Program-made: the position numbers and the translations under genes | From: Myxococcota bacterium | Lineage (GTDB): Bacteria > Myxococcota_A > UBA796 > GCA-2862545 | Assembly (NCBI GenBank): GCA_039208735.1 | Contig: JBCCQY010000079.1 | Span: 1-38,642, forward strand | Length of the DNA: 38,642 bases | Direction of reading: 5' to 3' | The notes under the pieces: model-generated | Told to the model about the DNA's origin: nothing | Seen by the model: the letters and a program-made list of their open reading frames with translations, nothing else | The model's database searches: none | Shown here: piece after piece, positions 26,928 to 38,340 of the stretch | How positions within the stretch are numbered: the stretch's first letter is position 1 | How the letters are laid out: each line of letters begins with the position of its first letter

Positions 26928-27433
26928 TGGCGACGTTCGACCCGGTGACCCACCGTGATGACGTGACCCCCGAAGGCCATGACGACGCCGGGCCCTGGTC
27001 GTCGACGTGGCGGGTGCTCACGCCCCACATGCGGGAGGCGGGAGGCACCCTTGGCGTGGTTGAAAACACCCTCCCGCCTGGTTCCGTGGGCTGTCCGTTC
27101 CACTGGCACCTGCGCGAGGACGAAGTGTTTTACGTGCTTTCAGGTCGAGGCGTCCTGCGCTACGGCAACGAGACCCGGCCCATCGGTGCCGGCGATTGCA
27201 TTTCGTGCCCTGCCGGCACCCAGACGGCTCACCAGATCGCAAACCCCTTCGACGAAAATCTTGTCTACCTCGCCATCGGCCCCTACGACCCACATGAAGT
27301 CTGTGGCTACCCCGACAACGGCAAGGTGATGGTCCGAGGCCTCCGCACGGTCGGGCAGCTCGAATCCAAGCCATACATGGACGGTGAACCCGATCCACCG
27401 CGGATCTTCGAACTCTTCAAACCCGGTTCCTGA
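26927..27433 (+). CDS. Cupin domain protein
   Basis: LPPG..CPFHWHLREDEVFYVLSG...GDCISCPAG..AHQIAN, YPDNGK. Confidence 0.9.
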   Translation: MATFDPVTHRDDVTPEGHDDAGPWSSTWRVLTPHMREAGGTLGVVENTLPPGSVGCPFHWHLREDEVFYVLSGRGVLRYGNETRPIGAGDCISCPAGTQTAHQIANPFDENLVYLAIGPYDPHEVCGYPDNGKVMVRGLRTVGQLESKPYMDGEPDPPRIFELFKPGS

Positions 27434-27847
27434 CTATCGTTTCGGATGCAATCCGGGTGGCAAGTCAAGCAACACAGGGATGACCAGCGCTTCCTCTCGA
27501 TCGAGGTGGCCGATGAGGACCGGTTGTAAGCGAGCCAATCCGTCGACCGGATCACCGCGGGCAAACCCATCGGCGGCTTGAGCAATCGCCTCGTCGAGGG
27601 CCTGGTGGTCTGCCACAAGTTCATCGAGGGTCCGTCCTAGGCGGGCCTCGACCAATGGAAACAGTCCGATTTCCTCGGCATGGTGATGGTGCCGCAACAC
27701 CGAGACGAGACGGCGAAACAAGTAGCGTTGATCGGGCTCAACCACGAGACGATCCAGGGCCGAGCGAAATCCGTCATGAACCTGGAGCAACATGGCCGCC
27801 TGGCCATGGAAACGAGGATGGCGCTCCCATCTGGAGCGTTTAGGCAT
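27434..27847 (-). CDS. Hemerythrin/HHE domain protein
   Basis: VHDGFR, HHHHAEE..LFP, ADH, HLDREE; GGAGGT before ATG 27847. Confidence 0.82.
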   Translation of the reverse strand: MPKRSRWERHPRFHGQAAMLLQVHDGFRSALDRLVVEPDQRYLFRRLVSVLRHHHHAEEIGLFPLVEARLGRTLDELVADHQALDEAIAQAADGFARGDPVDGLARLQPVLIGHLDREEALVIPVLLDLPPGLHPKR

Positions 27848-27887
27848 CCAAATACCTCCGAACCTCCACAATACATGACCACATCGC

Positions 27888-27911
27888 AAAAGGGAAATCC
27901 GATCCCCTTTT
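27888..27911 (-). terminator. Possible intrinsic terminator after the AAA ATPase gene
   Basis: Minus strand AAAAGGGGATCGGATTTCCCTTTT: short hairpin with only four U residues, 17 nt after the stop. Confidence 0.35.
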
Positions 27912-27928
27912 CGTTCAGCGCCGGGGGG

Positions 27929-29149
27929 TCATGACGAAGGTGTGGGCGCCGGTGAAGCCCAGCGAACCTGATCAAGCTCGACTTCCCAATTCTCGATGCC
28001 GTGCGTGCCAATCCGTTCGACGAGCGCGGAAAGGTACGCTCCCGACATCCCGGATGTCTTGTCGATCAAGGCAGGAATAATCCCGTGGAAGGCCTCGGGA
28101 ATCCCATCTGGCCACTGTTGCTCGGCATAAAACAGGAGCAACTCGCGTCGCCCTTTTTCGTCCGGCAAGCGCAGATGGTGCACTTCGTCGATTCGCCCCG
28201 GGCGCATTCCCGAAAGGTAGAAACTGCCCGGCTTGGGTTCGTCATCGGGGTCGTCGGTCATCATCGTCACAAAGATGAGCGAACGCGCCACCCGAAGCGT
28301 CTCGAACAAGGCGAGGTGCTGGTCGAGCTGCTCGCCCTGGAACTCGATGTCGTCCAGCAGGAGCATCGTGGGCCGCAAAATGAGCACGAGTTCAAGCACC
28401 TCGTCCGCACGACAGAACGGCAGGACGGACGAAGGCACCTTGAGCAAACGGTAATGGTCGCCGCCGACAATCCGGCACACATGGCGGGCGAGGACCGACT
28501 TGCCGACCCCACTGCGGCCTCGCAACAAGATGGTTCGCGGACCCGCAGGGTAGCGGGACAGCCGCTCGGCGTACCACTGGGGCCCTCGAGCGCCGACATA
28601 GGGTCCGGGTTCGGCCATCGGAACCACGTTGATATCGGCCATGCCTCCTTGGTTGTTGGAGCGCACCAAGGTCAGTTCTCGGCCCGTTTCCCACACATCG
28701 ACCAACAGTTGGGCGAGCAATTCGATGCCACCTTCGGCATGCAGGTAAAGCTCGTTCTGACTCGACGCACTGACAAGCATGCCCACCTTGATGCGTTGCT
28801 GGTCGTCACGCCAAACCAACGCACGGTCATTATCTTCGTCCTTCGCGATTTCTTCGGCCCCTCCCACCCGCATGAGCATGCGCGACAGGAACCCCGACAG
28901 CGCCGAATGCCGGAGGCGCAGGCCAAGTCGATACAATGCCTCCCAAGGTTCTTCTGGGGGAAAGGCGTGTTCGGCGACCGCCCCGATGGCCGATGCCGCC
29001 GCCAGTCCGTACGCCAACGGACCACCGCCACGGGCCTGCCACAGCACCTCGAGCGCGTTCTTCGCGAGTCGCAGAACCTTCTGCTGGCTTCGAATCGCGT
29101 GGGCCACCTGGGCTGCGATTTCGGCCTCTTTGGATGGACGTCGGGCCAT
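27929..29149 (-). CDS. AAA+ ATPase with unknown N-terminal domain
   Basis: Walker A GRSGVGKS, Walker B LLLDDIE, SRH-like MRPGRID, GMSGAYL; start taken at ATG 29149. Confidence 0.85.
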   Translation of the reverse strand: MARRPSKEAEIAAQVAHAIRSQQKVLRLAKNALEVLWQARGGGPLAYGLAAASAIGAVAEHAFPPEEPWEALYRLGLRLRHSALSGFLSRMLMRVGGAEEIAKDEDNDRALVWRDDQQRIKVGMLVSASSQNELYLHAEGGIELLAQLLVDVWETGRELTLVRSNNQGGMADINVVPMAEPGPYVGARGPQWYAERLSRYPAGPRTILLRGRSGVGKSVLARHVCRIVGGDHYRLLKVPSSVLPFCRADEVLELVLILRPTMLLLDDIEFQGEQLDQHLALFETLRVARSLIFVTMMTDDPDDEPKPGSFYLSGMRPGRIDEVHHLRLPDEKGRRELLLFYAEQQWPDGIPEAFHGIIPALIDKTSGMSGAYLSALVERIGTHGIENWEVELDQVRWASPAPTPSS

Positions 29150-29247
29150 GAAGGTGGGGACCTCAGGGGCTTTCACGCCTCGGCATGGGGCGCGTCGGAA
29201 CCCGGGGGTCACTGCACAATAGCGTGTCTCGGTAGGCGAGCAAGCGT

Positions 29248-30690
<1,443 letters not shown>

Positions 30691-30704
30691 TCAGGGAGGA
30701 TGGC

Positions 30705-31862
30705 ATGGGCATTGCCAGCTTGATCAGACTTGTTGCGTGCTCGGAACCTGCGGCAAGCTCGTTCCAACTGGTCGTTGATGGAGGGTACGGCGGTGGCCAC
30801 TTCGCCCCCGGCGACGTCGTGACCATCTGGTCGGGTCATGATCCGAACACCTCGGTGGTGACCGGCTGGGAGGGCGATGTCGATTGGCTCGACGACCCCT
30901 CCGAGTGGACGACAACCCTCACCATGCCGAGCGCCGACATTGCCGTCACGCCCCGCGTGGTCGAGGTGAGCTGGAACCCCGATGAAACCACCTACGTCGG
31001 CGTCAATGGCGATCGCCGGCTCATCCGTCAGATTCCCGCCACCCCGACAGGCTTGTTGATCGCCCTTCACGGCACCGGAGGGTCGGCTCTCTTTCCCGTC
31101 AACAACCTGCCCATGACGACCCTCGCTCGAGCCGCCCTCGACCGGGGCATGGGAGTCGTGGCGCCGGAAGCCGAAGAAGTGGCCGTGGGCGACCTGGATG
31201 CCAACGAGAAAATCCGGTGGGATGCCACGCCAAGCGCCCAAACCGTCGATGCGCAAAACGTGGCCCGCATGCTCGATGGCCTGCTCGACGAAGGGGTCAT
31301 CGACGAAGCCACGCCGCTATACACCGTGGGCATGTCCAATGGAGGGGCGATGGCGTTCACCCTCGCCACCCTTTTGGGGGGAGATGCAGCGGCGGTCTAT
31401 TGCGCCTCGGGCCGCGAAGGCCTCGGCGACGTCAGCGAGACGCCCACGTCCTGGTGGCTCTGCGAAAACGACAACAACGAGAACGTCGACAACACCAAGG
31501 CCGTCGCACTGCACGAACGACTGATGGCCCGCGGGGTCCGGACCCGCCTGCGCAGCCATCCCGCCACCCCGCTGCACGACGAGCGGTTCGCCCGCATCGA
31601 CGGAATCAACGAAACGCAATCCCGAACCATCGCCCAGGCCATTCGGCAGGCGGAGCTGGTGGATGATGACGGGCTGTTCACCCAGGAACTCATTGGCCCA
31701 GACCTTGCTTCCGCGTTGCTAAAGCTCGAGCCCATCGCGGAGCTGGCCGAGACGCCAGGTCTGGCGGGCGCGGTGTTTGGTGAGATCCAGCAGATGCAGG
31801 CAGATCACAAGATGTTCGACGACTTTGCACAGCAGACACTGGATTTCCTTCAGGATCGCTGA
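30705..31862 (+). CDS. Secreted/lipoprotein alpha/beta hydrolase with small N-terminal beta-repeat domain
   Basis: LVAC lipobox-like motif, GDVVTI..WEGD..TTTLTMP domain, ALHGTGG, GMSNGG; GGAGG before ATG 30705. Confidence 0.75.
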   Translation: MGIASLIRLVACSEPAASSFQLVVDGGYGGGHFAPGDVVTIWSGHDPNTSVVTGWEGDVDWLDDPSEWTTTLTMPSADIAVTPRVVEVSWNPDETTYVGVNGDRRLIRQIPATPTGLLIALHGTGGSALFPVNNLPMTTLARAALDRGMGVVAPEAEEVAVGDLDANEKIRWDATPSAQTVDAQNVARMLDGLLDEGVIDEATPLYTVGMSNGGAMAFTLATLLGGDAAAVYCASGREGLGDVSETPTSWWLCENDNNENVDNTKAVALHERLMARGVRTRLRSHPATPLHDERFARIDGINETQSRTIAQAIRQAELVDDDGLFTQELIGPDLASALLKLEPIAELAETPGLAGAVFGEIQQMQADHKMFDDFAQQTLDFLQDR

Positions 31863-31908
31863 ATGCGAGTCTCCCGTTGGCTATGTTCGGTCGCTACGAG
31901 GGAGACCG

Positions 31909-32901
31909 ATGAGTCGGATCGCCATCGACGTGGCCTACCCCACAGAGGGACGCCGCATTGCGCTTCGCACCCAGCTCGATTGGGATCGGGATGTCGAACC
32001 TGTGTTGGTCGAAGGCGCCCATGCCCACTTTGTGATCGAGACCAATCGCCGGTCGCTTCGCTACAAACCCGTACTCTTCGATGAGCAGGCGATGCACTGG
32101 GCCCTCGGCGCCAACCGGGTCGCCTTTGCTTCAGAGCCCGAATTCATCGAATACCCTCGCTTTTTCGAAGAGGCCTGTACCGCGTGCGACATCGTGGGCT
32201 TCGAGACCCACCATGGCGACCACAGCCATGAAGTTCGCGTCTTCCTGCCTCCGGGCTACGACGAAAACCCGCTTCAACGCTACCCTGTGGTCTACATGCA
32301 AGATGGCCACAACGTCTTCTTTGCCGAAGAGTCGGCCTTTGGCGCGCATTGGCGCGTGGTCGAGACGTTGTCGACCCTCAACGCGATGAATGCCTTAAGT
32401 CCGGTGATTGTGGTGGGCATCTACCCTCATGACCGGATGGTCGAGTACACCGTGCCCGGCGTGGAGCACTACGGCGCATTCCTCGTACAGACGCTCAAGC
32501 CCCGCATCGACGCAGAGTACCGAACACTCCCCGGCCGAGAGCACACCGCCATCATGGGGTCTTCGTTAGGGGGCGTGGCCGCCTTCTGGGTCGGCTGGAC
32601 GCATCCCGCCACCTTTGGGCAAGCGGCGAGCCTGTCCGCCACGTTCGGCTACCGCGATGATCTTGCCGAGCGTGTCGACAGGGAGCCCGTGCCGCCGACG
32701 CGGTTCTACCTCGACAGTGGTTGGCCGGGCGACAATTACGAGGCGGTACGCGACCTGCGCGCCCGGCTGGTGCGGCGGGGGTTAGTTCCCGGTTCTGAAA
32801 TGTTGTACCTGGCTTTTCCGCGAGCCACTCATTCAGAGTCCTCCTGGGCCGCCCGTTTGCACATCCCGTTTCAGTTCCTCTTCGACGAAGCCCGCCAGTA
32901 G
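31909..32901 (+). CDS. Putative esterase (PF00756-type alpha/beta hydrolase)
   Basis: VFLPPGY, YPVVYMQDGHN, LKPRIDAEYRT, GSSLGG, YLDSG, HSESSWAARL. Confidence 0.88.
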   Translation: MSRIAIDVAYPTEGRRIALRTQLDWDRDVEPVLVEGAHAHFVIETNRRSLRYKPVLFDEQAMHWALGANRVAFASEPEFIEYPRFFEEACTACDIVGFETHHGDHSHEVRVFLPPGYDENPLQRYPVVYMQDGHNVFFAEESAFGAHWRVVETLSTLNAMNALSPVIVVGIYPHDRMVEYTVPGVEHYGAFLVQTLKPRIDAEYRTLPGREHTAIMGSSLGGVAAFWVGWTHPATFGQAASLSATFGYRDDLAERVDREPVPPTRFYLDSGWPGDNYEAVRDLRARLVRRGLVPGSEMLYLAFPRATHSESSWAARLHIPFQFLFDEARQ

Positions 32902-32987
32902 GCCCCAACGGCCGTCGCGGGATGGTCACAGGCCTCCATGCGACGATCGGCTTACATCACCGGGCGATCCCCCGAGAGGCAAAGCCG

Positions 32988-33482
32988 ATGGTCCTCCTTG
33001 CGATGGTCGCCTGTTCTGAGTTTGGCATCGGGTCGGCGCCCGACCCTGTCGATCTGCCGCCGCCCACCGGCGACACCGCTCCAATCGAGCCTAAGCCCGA
33101 ACCGGATCTCCCCCCTGGAGCGGCCGAAGACCCAGTGTATGCCTGCACCGCGACCGACCTGTTTGCCATCGATCCCGACACGGGCGCGTACGACACCTCA
33201 GGCGATTTGGTGGGGCTCCCCGACGGCTTTCTGTACTGGACGGTACGCGGTGAACCGAACGACCAACTCGTGAAGGTCGATCCGTTGACCGGCGCGACGT
33301 TCCTTGTGGGACCCATCGATGAGGCCAAGTTGTTTGGCCTCGGCTACGCCGAAGGCGCACTGTTTGGATTTGGAGAGGAGGGTCCCATCGTGCGCATCGA
33401 CCCCAAAACCGCAGAGACGACCGAACTACGGCGGGACGGTACCGCCTGGTGGGGAGCCACGACCAACCCCGTCAAGTGGTGA
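32988..33482 (+). CDS. Putative lipoprotein with beta-propeller-like blades
   Basis: MVLLAMVAC, Pro-rich linker, repeated (L/V)xx(I/V)DPxTG units, C-terminal WWGAT; GAGAGG upstream of ATG 32988. Confidence 0.65.
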   Translation: MVLLAMVACSEFGIGSAPDPVDLPPPTGDTAPIEPKPEPDLPPGAAEDPVYACTATDLFAIDPDTGAYDTSGDLVGLPDGFLYWTVRGEPNDQLVKVDPLTGATFLVGPIDEAKLFGLGYAEGALFGFGEEGPIVRIDPKTAETTELRRDGTAWWGATTNPVKW

Positions 33483-33487
33483 GTTTG

Positions 33488-34666
33488 ATGGCGAAAGTGC
33501 TGGTCACGGTCACGGGGCGCGATGCCCCGGGCATCACCGCTGCGCTCACCCAGGTGGTGGCCGAACAAGGCGTCATTTTGCGCGACGTCGAGCAAGTCGT
33601 GGTGCATGGTCAACTCACGCTGTGCTTGCTCCTCGAAACCTCAAGCGATGCCTTCGTCCTCAAGGAGTTGCTGTTTGCAGCTAGCCAACGGGGGCTCACC
33701 CTCCAGCTCGCCGAAATGCGCGATGAAGCGCCCAGTCGGTCGCAGCGACGCGTGGCCGTAACCGCGTTGGGGAATCCCCTCGAAGCGCGCCACCTCTCGG
33801 CCCTCGCCAAGGTGCTCGCGGAACATGGCGCCAACATCGTCGCCATGGACCGATTGTCGGGCGAAGCCCTCGATGCCCTCGAGGTGCGCGCGGACGTGAC
33901 CGGCGATGGCGATGTGGCCGCTCTGTCGTCGGCGCTGCTTGGCCTCGCCCTCACCGACGATCTCGATCTCGCGGTGCAGCCTTGGGGACTCGTGCGGCGG
34001 GGCATGCGCCTGTGCGCAATGGACATGGACTCGACGCTCGTCCAGGTCGAGGTCATCGATGAGCTTGCACGCCACCACGGCGTGGGAGAGCAAGTCGCGC
34101 GCATCACGGCCGACGCCATGGCGGGGGGCCTCGACTACGAAGCGAGCCTTCGACGGCGGGTCGCGCTGCTCGAAGGCTTGCGCGCCGATGCGGTCGATCA
34201 GGTCGCGGATCAGCTCCCGCTCACCGACGGCGCCGAGGTTCTCGTCTCGACCCTGAAGCACCTTGGCTACAAGACCGCCGTGATCAGTGGGGGCTTCGAC
34301 GTCGCCGCTCGACGCGTGCAGGCCCGCCTTGGGCTCGACCACGCCTGCTCGAATACGCTCGAAGTCAAGGACGGGGTGCTCACCGGCCGGGTGCTTGAAC
34401 CCATCGTGACGCCGGAGCGCAAGGTCCAGTTGCTGGAGCGCATCGCCCGCGACGAAGGCGTGGACCTCTCCCAGACGATCGCCATTGGCGATGGGGCGAA
34501 CGACCTCAAGATGATCGAGCGGGCCGGCCTAGGCATCGCCTTTCACGCCAAGGCGACGTTGCGCGACGCAGCCGACACCGCCCTGACCGCCGGGGGCCTC
34601 GATCGCGTCTTGTACCTGCTGGGGATTCGTGCCCGCGACCTAGCCGAATGGGGCATCCCGAGCTGA
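33488..34666 (+). CDS. serB: Phosphoserine phosphatase with two ACT domains
   Basis: [12 protein letters not shown] (ACT), HAD motif DMDST, ISGGF, GDGANDL. Confidence 0.95.
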   Translation: MAKVLVTVTGRDAPGITAALTQVVAEQGVILRDVEQVVVHGQLTLCLLLETSSDAFVLKELLFAASQRGLTLQLAEMRDEAPSRSQRRVAVTALGNPLEARHLSALAKVLAEHGANIVAMDRLSGEALDALEVRADVTGDGDVAALSSALLGLALTDDLDLAVQPWGLVRRGMRLCAMDMDSTLVQVEVIDELARHHGVGEQVARITADAMAGGLDYEASLRRRVALLEGLRADAVDQVADQLPLTDGAEVLVSTLKHLGYKTAVISGGFDVAARRVQARLGLDHACSNTLEVKDGVLTGRVLEPIVTPERKVQLLERIARDEGVDLSQTIAIGDGANDLKMIERAGLGIAFHAKATLRDAADTALTAGGLDRVLYLLGIRARDLAEWGIPS

Positions 34667-34707
34667 GCGTCGATCGTTGTGACATCGTGGGAGACCTTGG
34701 AGGTCTC

Positions 34708-35484
34708 GTGTCAGTGATCGACGTAACCGGCAAGGTCGTGGTGGTGACAGGTGCAAGCCGAGGAATCGGTGAAGCCATGGCTACCGCGCTCGCCAAGGGA
34801 GGGGCGCGCGTCGCCATCGCCTCTCGCAAACAGGAGGGCATCGAGGCAGCCGCCGCACGCATCCGAGAGGCGGTTCCGGGCGCGTCGGTGGTGCCTTACG
34901 TGGCGCACATGGGCGAACCCGACCAGATCGAAGCCCTCATCGCAAGTACGGAGTCCGAGCTGGGCCCGTTGGACGCGGTGATCAGCAACGCGGCGACGAA
35001 CCCCTACTTCGGACCGATGATCGGGATCGACCGGGGCGCGTGGGCGAAGACGTTCCAGGTGAACCTCGAAGGCACCTTCGAACTCGCTCGCATCGCCGCC
35101 AAGCGCTTCATCGATGCCGGCCGTCCGGGCAGCATCGTCAGCACTTCTAGCATCGCGGGGATCCGCGGCGCTCCCCTGCAGGGGGTCTACGGGATGACCA
35201 AGGCCTCGCTTGTGTCGATGACCCAGACGTTGGCCATCGAACTTGGGGCGAGCAACATCCGCGTCAACGCGATCGCGCCAGGTCTCATCGATACCAAGCT
35301 GTCTTCCGCCATCACTCAGAGTGACACGCTCTCTGAACGCGTCGTGAGCGCGACCCCCCTGGGACGCATCGGGCGCCCCGAGGAGATCGCCGGACTTGCG
35401 GTCTTCCTGGTGAGCGACGCCTCGAGTTTCGTCACCGGTCAGACCATCGTGGTCGACGGCGGACTGACCATCACGGGGATCTGA
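34708..35484 (+). CDS. Short-chain dehydrogenase/reductase
   Basis: [45 protein letters not shown] before GTG 34708 or 34714. Confidence 0.92.
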   Translation: MSVIDVTGKVVVVTGASRGIGEAMATALAKGGARVAIASRKQEGIEAAAARIREAVPGASVVPYVAHMGEPDQIEALIASTESELGPLDAVISNAATNPYFGPMIGIDRGAWAKTFQVNLEGTFELARIAAKRFIDAGRPGSIVSTSSIAGIRGAPLQGVYGMTKASLVSMTQTLAIELGASNIRVNAIAPGLIDTKLSSAITQSDTLSERVVSATPLGRIGRPEEIAGLAVFLVSDASSFVTGQTIVVDGGLTITGI

Positions 35485-35557
35485 CGCGCTTCCGCGAACC
35501 CCATGAGCAGGTAGTTGCGAGCCTTTGGAGGATCCTGGACCGATGTCCGACCGGGAC

Positions 35558-36442
35558 ATGAACCTCGATGACCTGGCCGTCTTCGTTCAAGTGGTCGACT
35601 CAGGCGGTTTTTCGGCCGCCGGACGAGCACTGGGCCGAACCACCAAGCAGGTGTCCCGGCAGGTGCGCCGTCTCGAGGACCACCTCGAACTTGCGCTGCT
35701 GCATCGGACCACTCGGGCCGTCAGCCTCACCGACGCGGGAACCCGCTTCTACCCACATGTCTTGCGCATCCTCGAGGACGTGCAAGCGGCCCATGAGGAC
35801 CTTCGTGGGCCTACGAGTCCGCTTCGGGGACGCCTACGGGTCGCCGTTCCCTCACTCACGACGGTGGCGGGCCTTGCCGGTTGGCTGAAGGTCTTGCACA
35901 ACCGGCACCCTGAGTTGGCGTTCGACGTTCGCATCGCCGACCGCCCTGTCGACGTCGTTGCGGAGGGCATCGATATTCAGATCAGCCCCGCTCCGCCCAG
36001 CCAAACCTCGGTCGTCCTCAAACGACTGGTCACCCTCGGCGTGCCGCTCGCCGCCCACCCCGATTACCTGGCCATCCACGGAACGCCCACGCAGCCGAGC
36101 GACCTGGAACACCACGACTGCCTTCGCTTCGTTAGCGATCAGCCCCAGCACACCTGGGACCTCATGGACACCCATGGGAACGAGGTCACCGTGGCCGTGC
36201 GGGGCTCGATCGTGAGCAGCAGCAGCGAAGTGCTCTACACCGCGATGCAGGCCGGGATCGGAATTGGCGTTTGTGGTGCCTCGATCCTCCGCCAACCCGA
36301 AAACGAGCTTATGCAAGTCCTGCCGGGCTGGACGTTCACCCCCATGCCACTGTTCGCGGTGTTTCCTCGTGCCAACCGAAAATCGCGACTCATCGAGGCC
36401 TTCCTCGACGTCGTGATGGAGGGTTTCGAAGCGTGGATTTGA
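35558..36442 (+). CDS. LysR family regulator (CrgA/DmlR-like); start at 35543 or 35558
   Basis: DLAVFVQVVDSGGFSAAGRALG..VSRQVRRLEDHL..LLHRTTRAVSLTDAG; YLAIHGTPTQPSDLEHHDC. Confidence 0.93.
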   Translation: MNLDDLAVFVQVVDSGGFSAAGRALGRTTKQVSRQVRRLEDHLELALLHRTTRAVSLTDAGTRFYPHVLRILEDVQAAHEDLRGPTSPLRGRLRVAVPSLTTVAGLAGWLKVLHNRHPELAFDVRIADRPVDVVAEGIDIQISPAPPSQTSVVLKRLVTLGVPLAAHPDYLAIHGTPTQPSDLEHHDCLRFVSDQPQHTWDLMDTHGNEVTVAVRGSIVSSSSEVLYTAMQAGIGIGVCGASILRQPENELMQVLPGWTFTPMPLFAVFPRANRKSRLIEAFLDVVMEGFEAWI

Positions 36443-36533
36443 GCGTCAAACGGGCGAGATCGGGGGCCGAGGCGTGGGCCACCACCGCAGCCTTACCGCC
36501 ACCGACCTGGTCAGAGGCAGGCCACGTTGCCGG

Positions 36534-37208
36534 TCATCGCTCCGCCTCCGTCCCGACCTCCGCGGCCAGGACCACGTCTTGCTCAAAACCCCGACGGACC
36601 AACTCGCGCCCCGATGCCGTGCGCCGAAGAGCGGCTTCCAAGTCGGGAACATGCGCATCAAATGCGGCCTGTGCGGCCACCACCTCAGGAGAGAACGAAC
36701 CGGTCAACAACGCCGCGATGGCTCCGACCCCAAGCCAGTCCTCGAGGGCGAAGCGAACGGTGTCATCGGTCCAGCGCTCTCCGGCTGCGATCAACGCGAC
36801 CCGATCAAGACGAGCCACCGCCCGTGCCACCTGATGGCGATCCCGCAAACAACCCGTGATCGCGGTCACCCCAAGGTTCCGAGCTAACGCCAGCAGTCGC
36901 GATCCGTTTAGCGAAGGGATCACGATCCGTGTACCTGGCGCGAGGCGACGCAAACTGGAGGGTGAAAGCGAAGGTTGTTCCAAGGAGCGCGGCCCCGCCA
37001 CGAGTACGCCATCCGGCACCGAACGGTCAGGATCGTGAGGGAGCACGACGGCGCCCGCTTCTCGGGCGACCGCGCAGCTCGTGCTGAACGACAACACATC
37101 CACGACGACCACGCAGTCGACGGAAGGCGCCAAGGCGCGCAGCCCGTTGGCGCCCCAGCCACAGCAGACGCGGGCATCGGGCTGCCGCCAGTCTTCGTCC
37201 ACGAGCAC
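36534..37208 (-). CDS. 2-phosphosulfolactate phosphatase (ComB) family protein
   Basis: VVVVDVLSFST, SLSPSS, PSLNGS, LIAAGERW, RFALEDWLG, SGREL..GF..DV; GGAGG before GTG 37208. Confidence 0.88.
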   Translation of the reverse strand: MLVDEDWRQPDARVCCGWGANGLRALAPSVDCVVVVDVLSFSTSCAVAREAGAVVLPHDPDRSVPDGVLVAGPRSLEQPSLSPSSLRRLAPGTRIVIPSLNGSRLLALARNLGVTAITGCLRDRHQVARAVARLDRVALIAAGERWTDDTVRFALEDWLGVGAIAALLTGSFSPEVVAAQAAFDAHVPDLEAALRRTASGRELVRRGFEQDVVLAAEVGTEAER

Positions 37209-37254
37209 GAAACCCTCCGCAGCTCGCGCTGTGCGCGAACGGCAAGGGTCCTAA

Positions 37255-38340
37255 CTATCCTTTGTGTACAATTCGAGGACGAAGCCTTCGAACGATTCGA
37301 GTCAGTTCACGCTGAGCTCGCATCACCTTGCCGATGTCGCGATAGGCCCCCGGCGACTCCTCGAGAAGCGCGGGGCCATCATGGTACGCCACCTGCGCGA
37401 GCCGACGGCGTTCATCGGGGCCAGAGAGTCGCTGCCGAGCCGCGGTGCGCGACATCGCCCGTCCAGCACCGTGCGAGGAGGACGCAAGAGCGCCCGGGTG
37501 GCCTCGTCCTTCGACATGGAAGGACGCCGTACCCATGGAGCCAGGAATCAACCCTGGCTCGCCGGCCCGTGCCGAGATTGCGCCCTTCCGATGCACCCAG
37601 AGGGGCTGATCGAAATGGCACTCGCAGCGCACGGTGTTGTGGGCACAGTCCAAGTACTGTTCGGGATCCGGCCTAAGCGCAGGCCAGATGCGTCGAAGAG
37701 CGCCAATGGCGGCCCCCAGAACCCGCTGACGATTGTGCACGGCGTAGGCTTCGGCCCACTTCAGATCATGGAGGTAGGTCTGGCCCGCTGGCGAATCGGC
37801 GAGAGGGGCCATCCCATCACGAAGCGCTTGGATCGCACGACCCAGTGCCCGCGATCCGGTATGGGCCATGAGCCAAACCCCGCCGGTGTCATCGACCTGG
37901 ACTTCCAGGAAGTGATTGCCTCTGCCGATCGTGCCCAACTGGACGTGGCCTTCCCGTCGAGCAAGCCGACGCAACCCAGGTCGAGAGAGCGCATCGGGCT
38001 CAAGATCATTGGGCCACGCAGGCTTGCGGGAATGCCGATGAATCGGCACCGCAGACGCAAGGACTTCAAGTCCGTCGGAGGCCCGCGGCAAAAGCGTAGC
38101 TTCGTCGATTCCCCGCAACGGCAGGGTCGCAACTCCGCATCCCACGTCCGACCCAATCGCCTTGGGCCGGAGGGTTTGGGACGTGGCGAGCACCGTGCCA
38201 ATGCACACGTCATGGGCAAGGTGGACGTCGGGCATGACGGCGATATGGACCGCATCATCAAGCTGAGCCAGCCGTTCGAGGCTCGTGCGAACCGCACTGT
38301 CAAGGGGCTCGGCGAGCCAAGTTTGGATGGGGGCGCTCAT
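37255..38340 (-). CDS. rtcB: RNA ligase RtcB family protein (second paralog)
   Basis: MPDVH, GSDVGCG, GRGNHFLE, HTGSR, CAHN, HRKGA, IPGSMG, SSHGAGR, EESPGAYRDI, terminal HKG; the expected metal/guanylation motifs are present. Confidence 0.92.
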   Translation of the reverse strand: MSAPIQTWLAEPLDSAVRTSLERLAQLDDAVHIAVMPDVHLAHDVCIGTVLATSQTLRPKAIGSDVGCGVATLPLRGIDEATLLPRASDGLEVLASAVPIHRHSRKPAWPNDLEPDALSRPGLRRLARREGHVQLGTIGRGNHFLEVQVDDTGGVWLMAHTGSRALGRAIQALRDGMAPLADSPAGQTYLHDLKWAEAYAVHNRQRVLGAAIGALRRIWPALRPDPEQYLDCAHNTVRCECHFDQPLWVHRKGAISARAGEPGLIPGSMGTASFHVEGRGHPGALASSSHGAGRAMSRTAARQRLSGPDERRRLAQVAYHDGPALLEESPGAYRDIGKVMRAQRELTRIVRRLRPRIVHKG

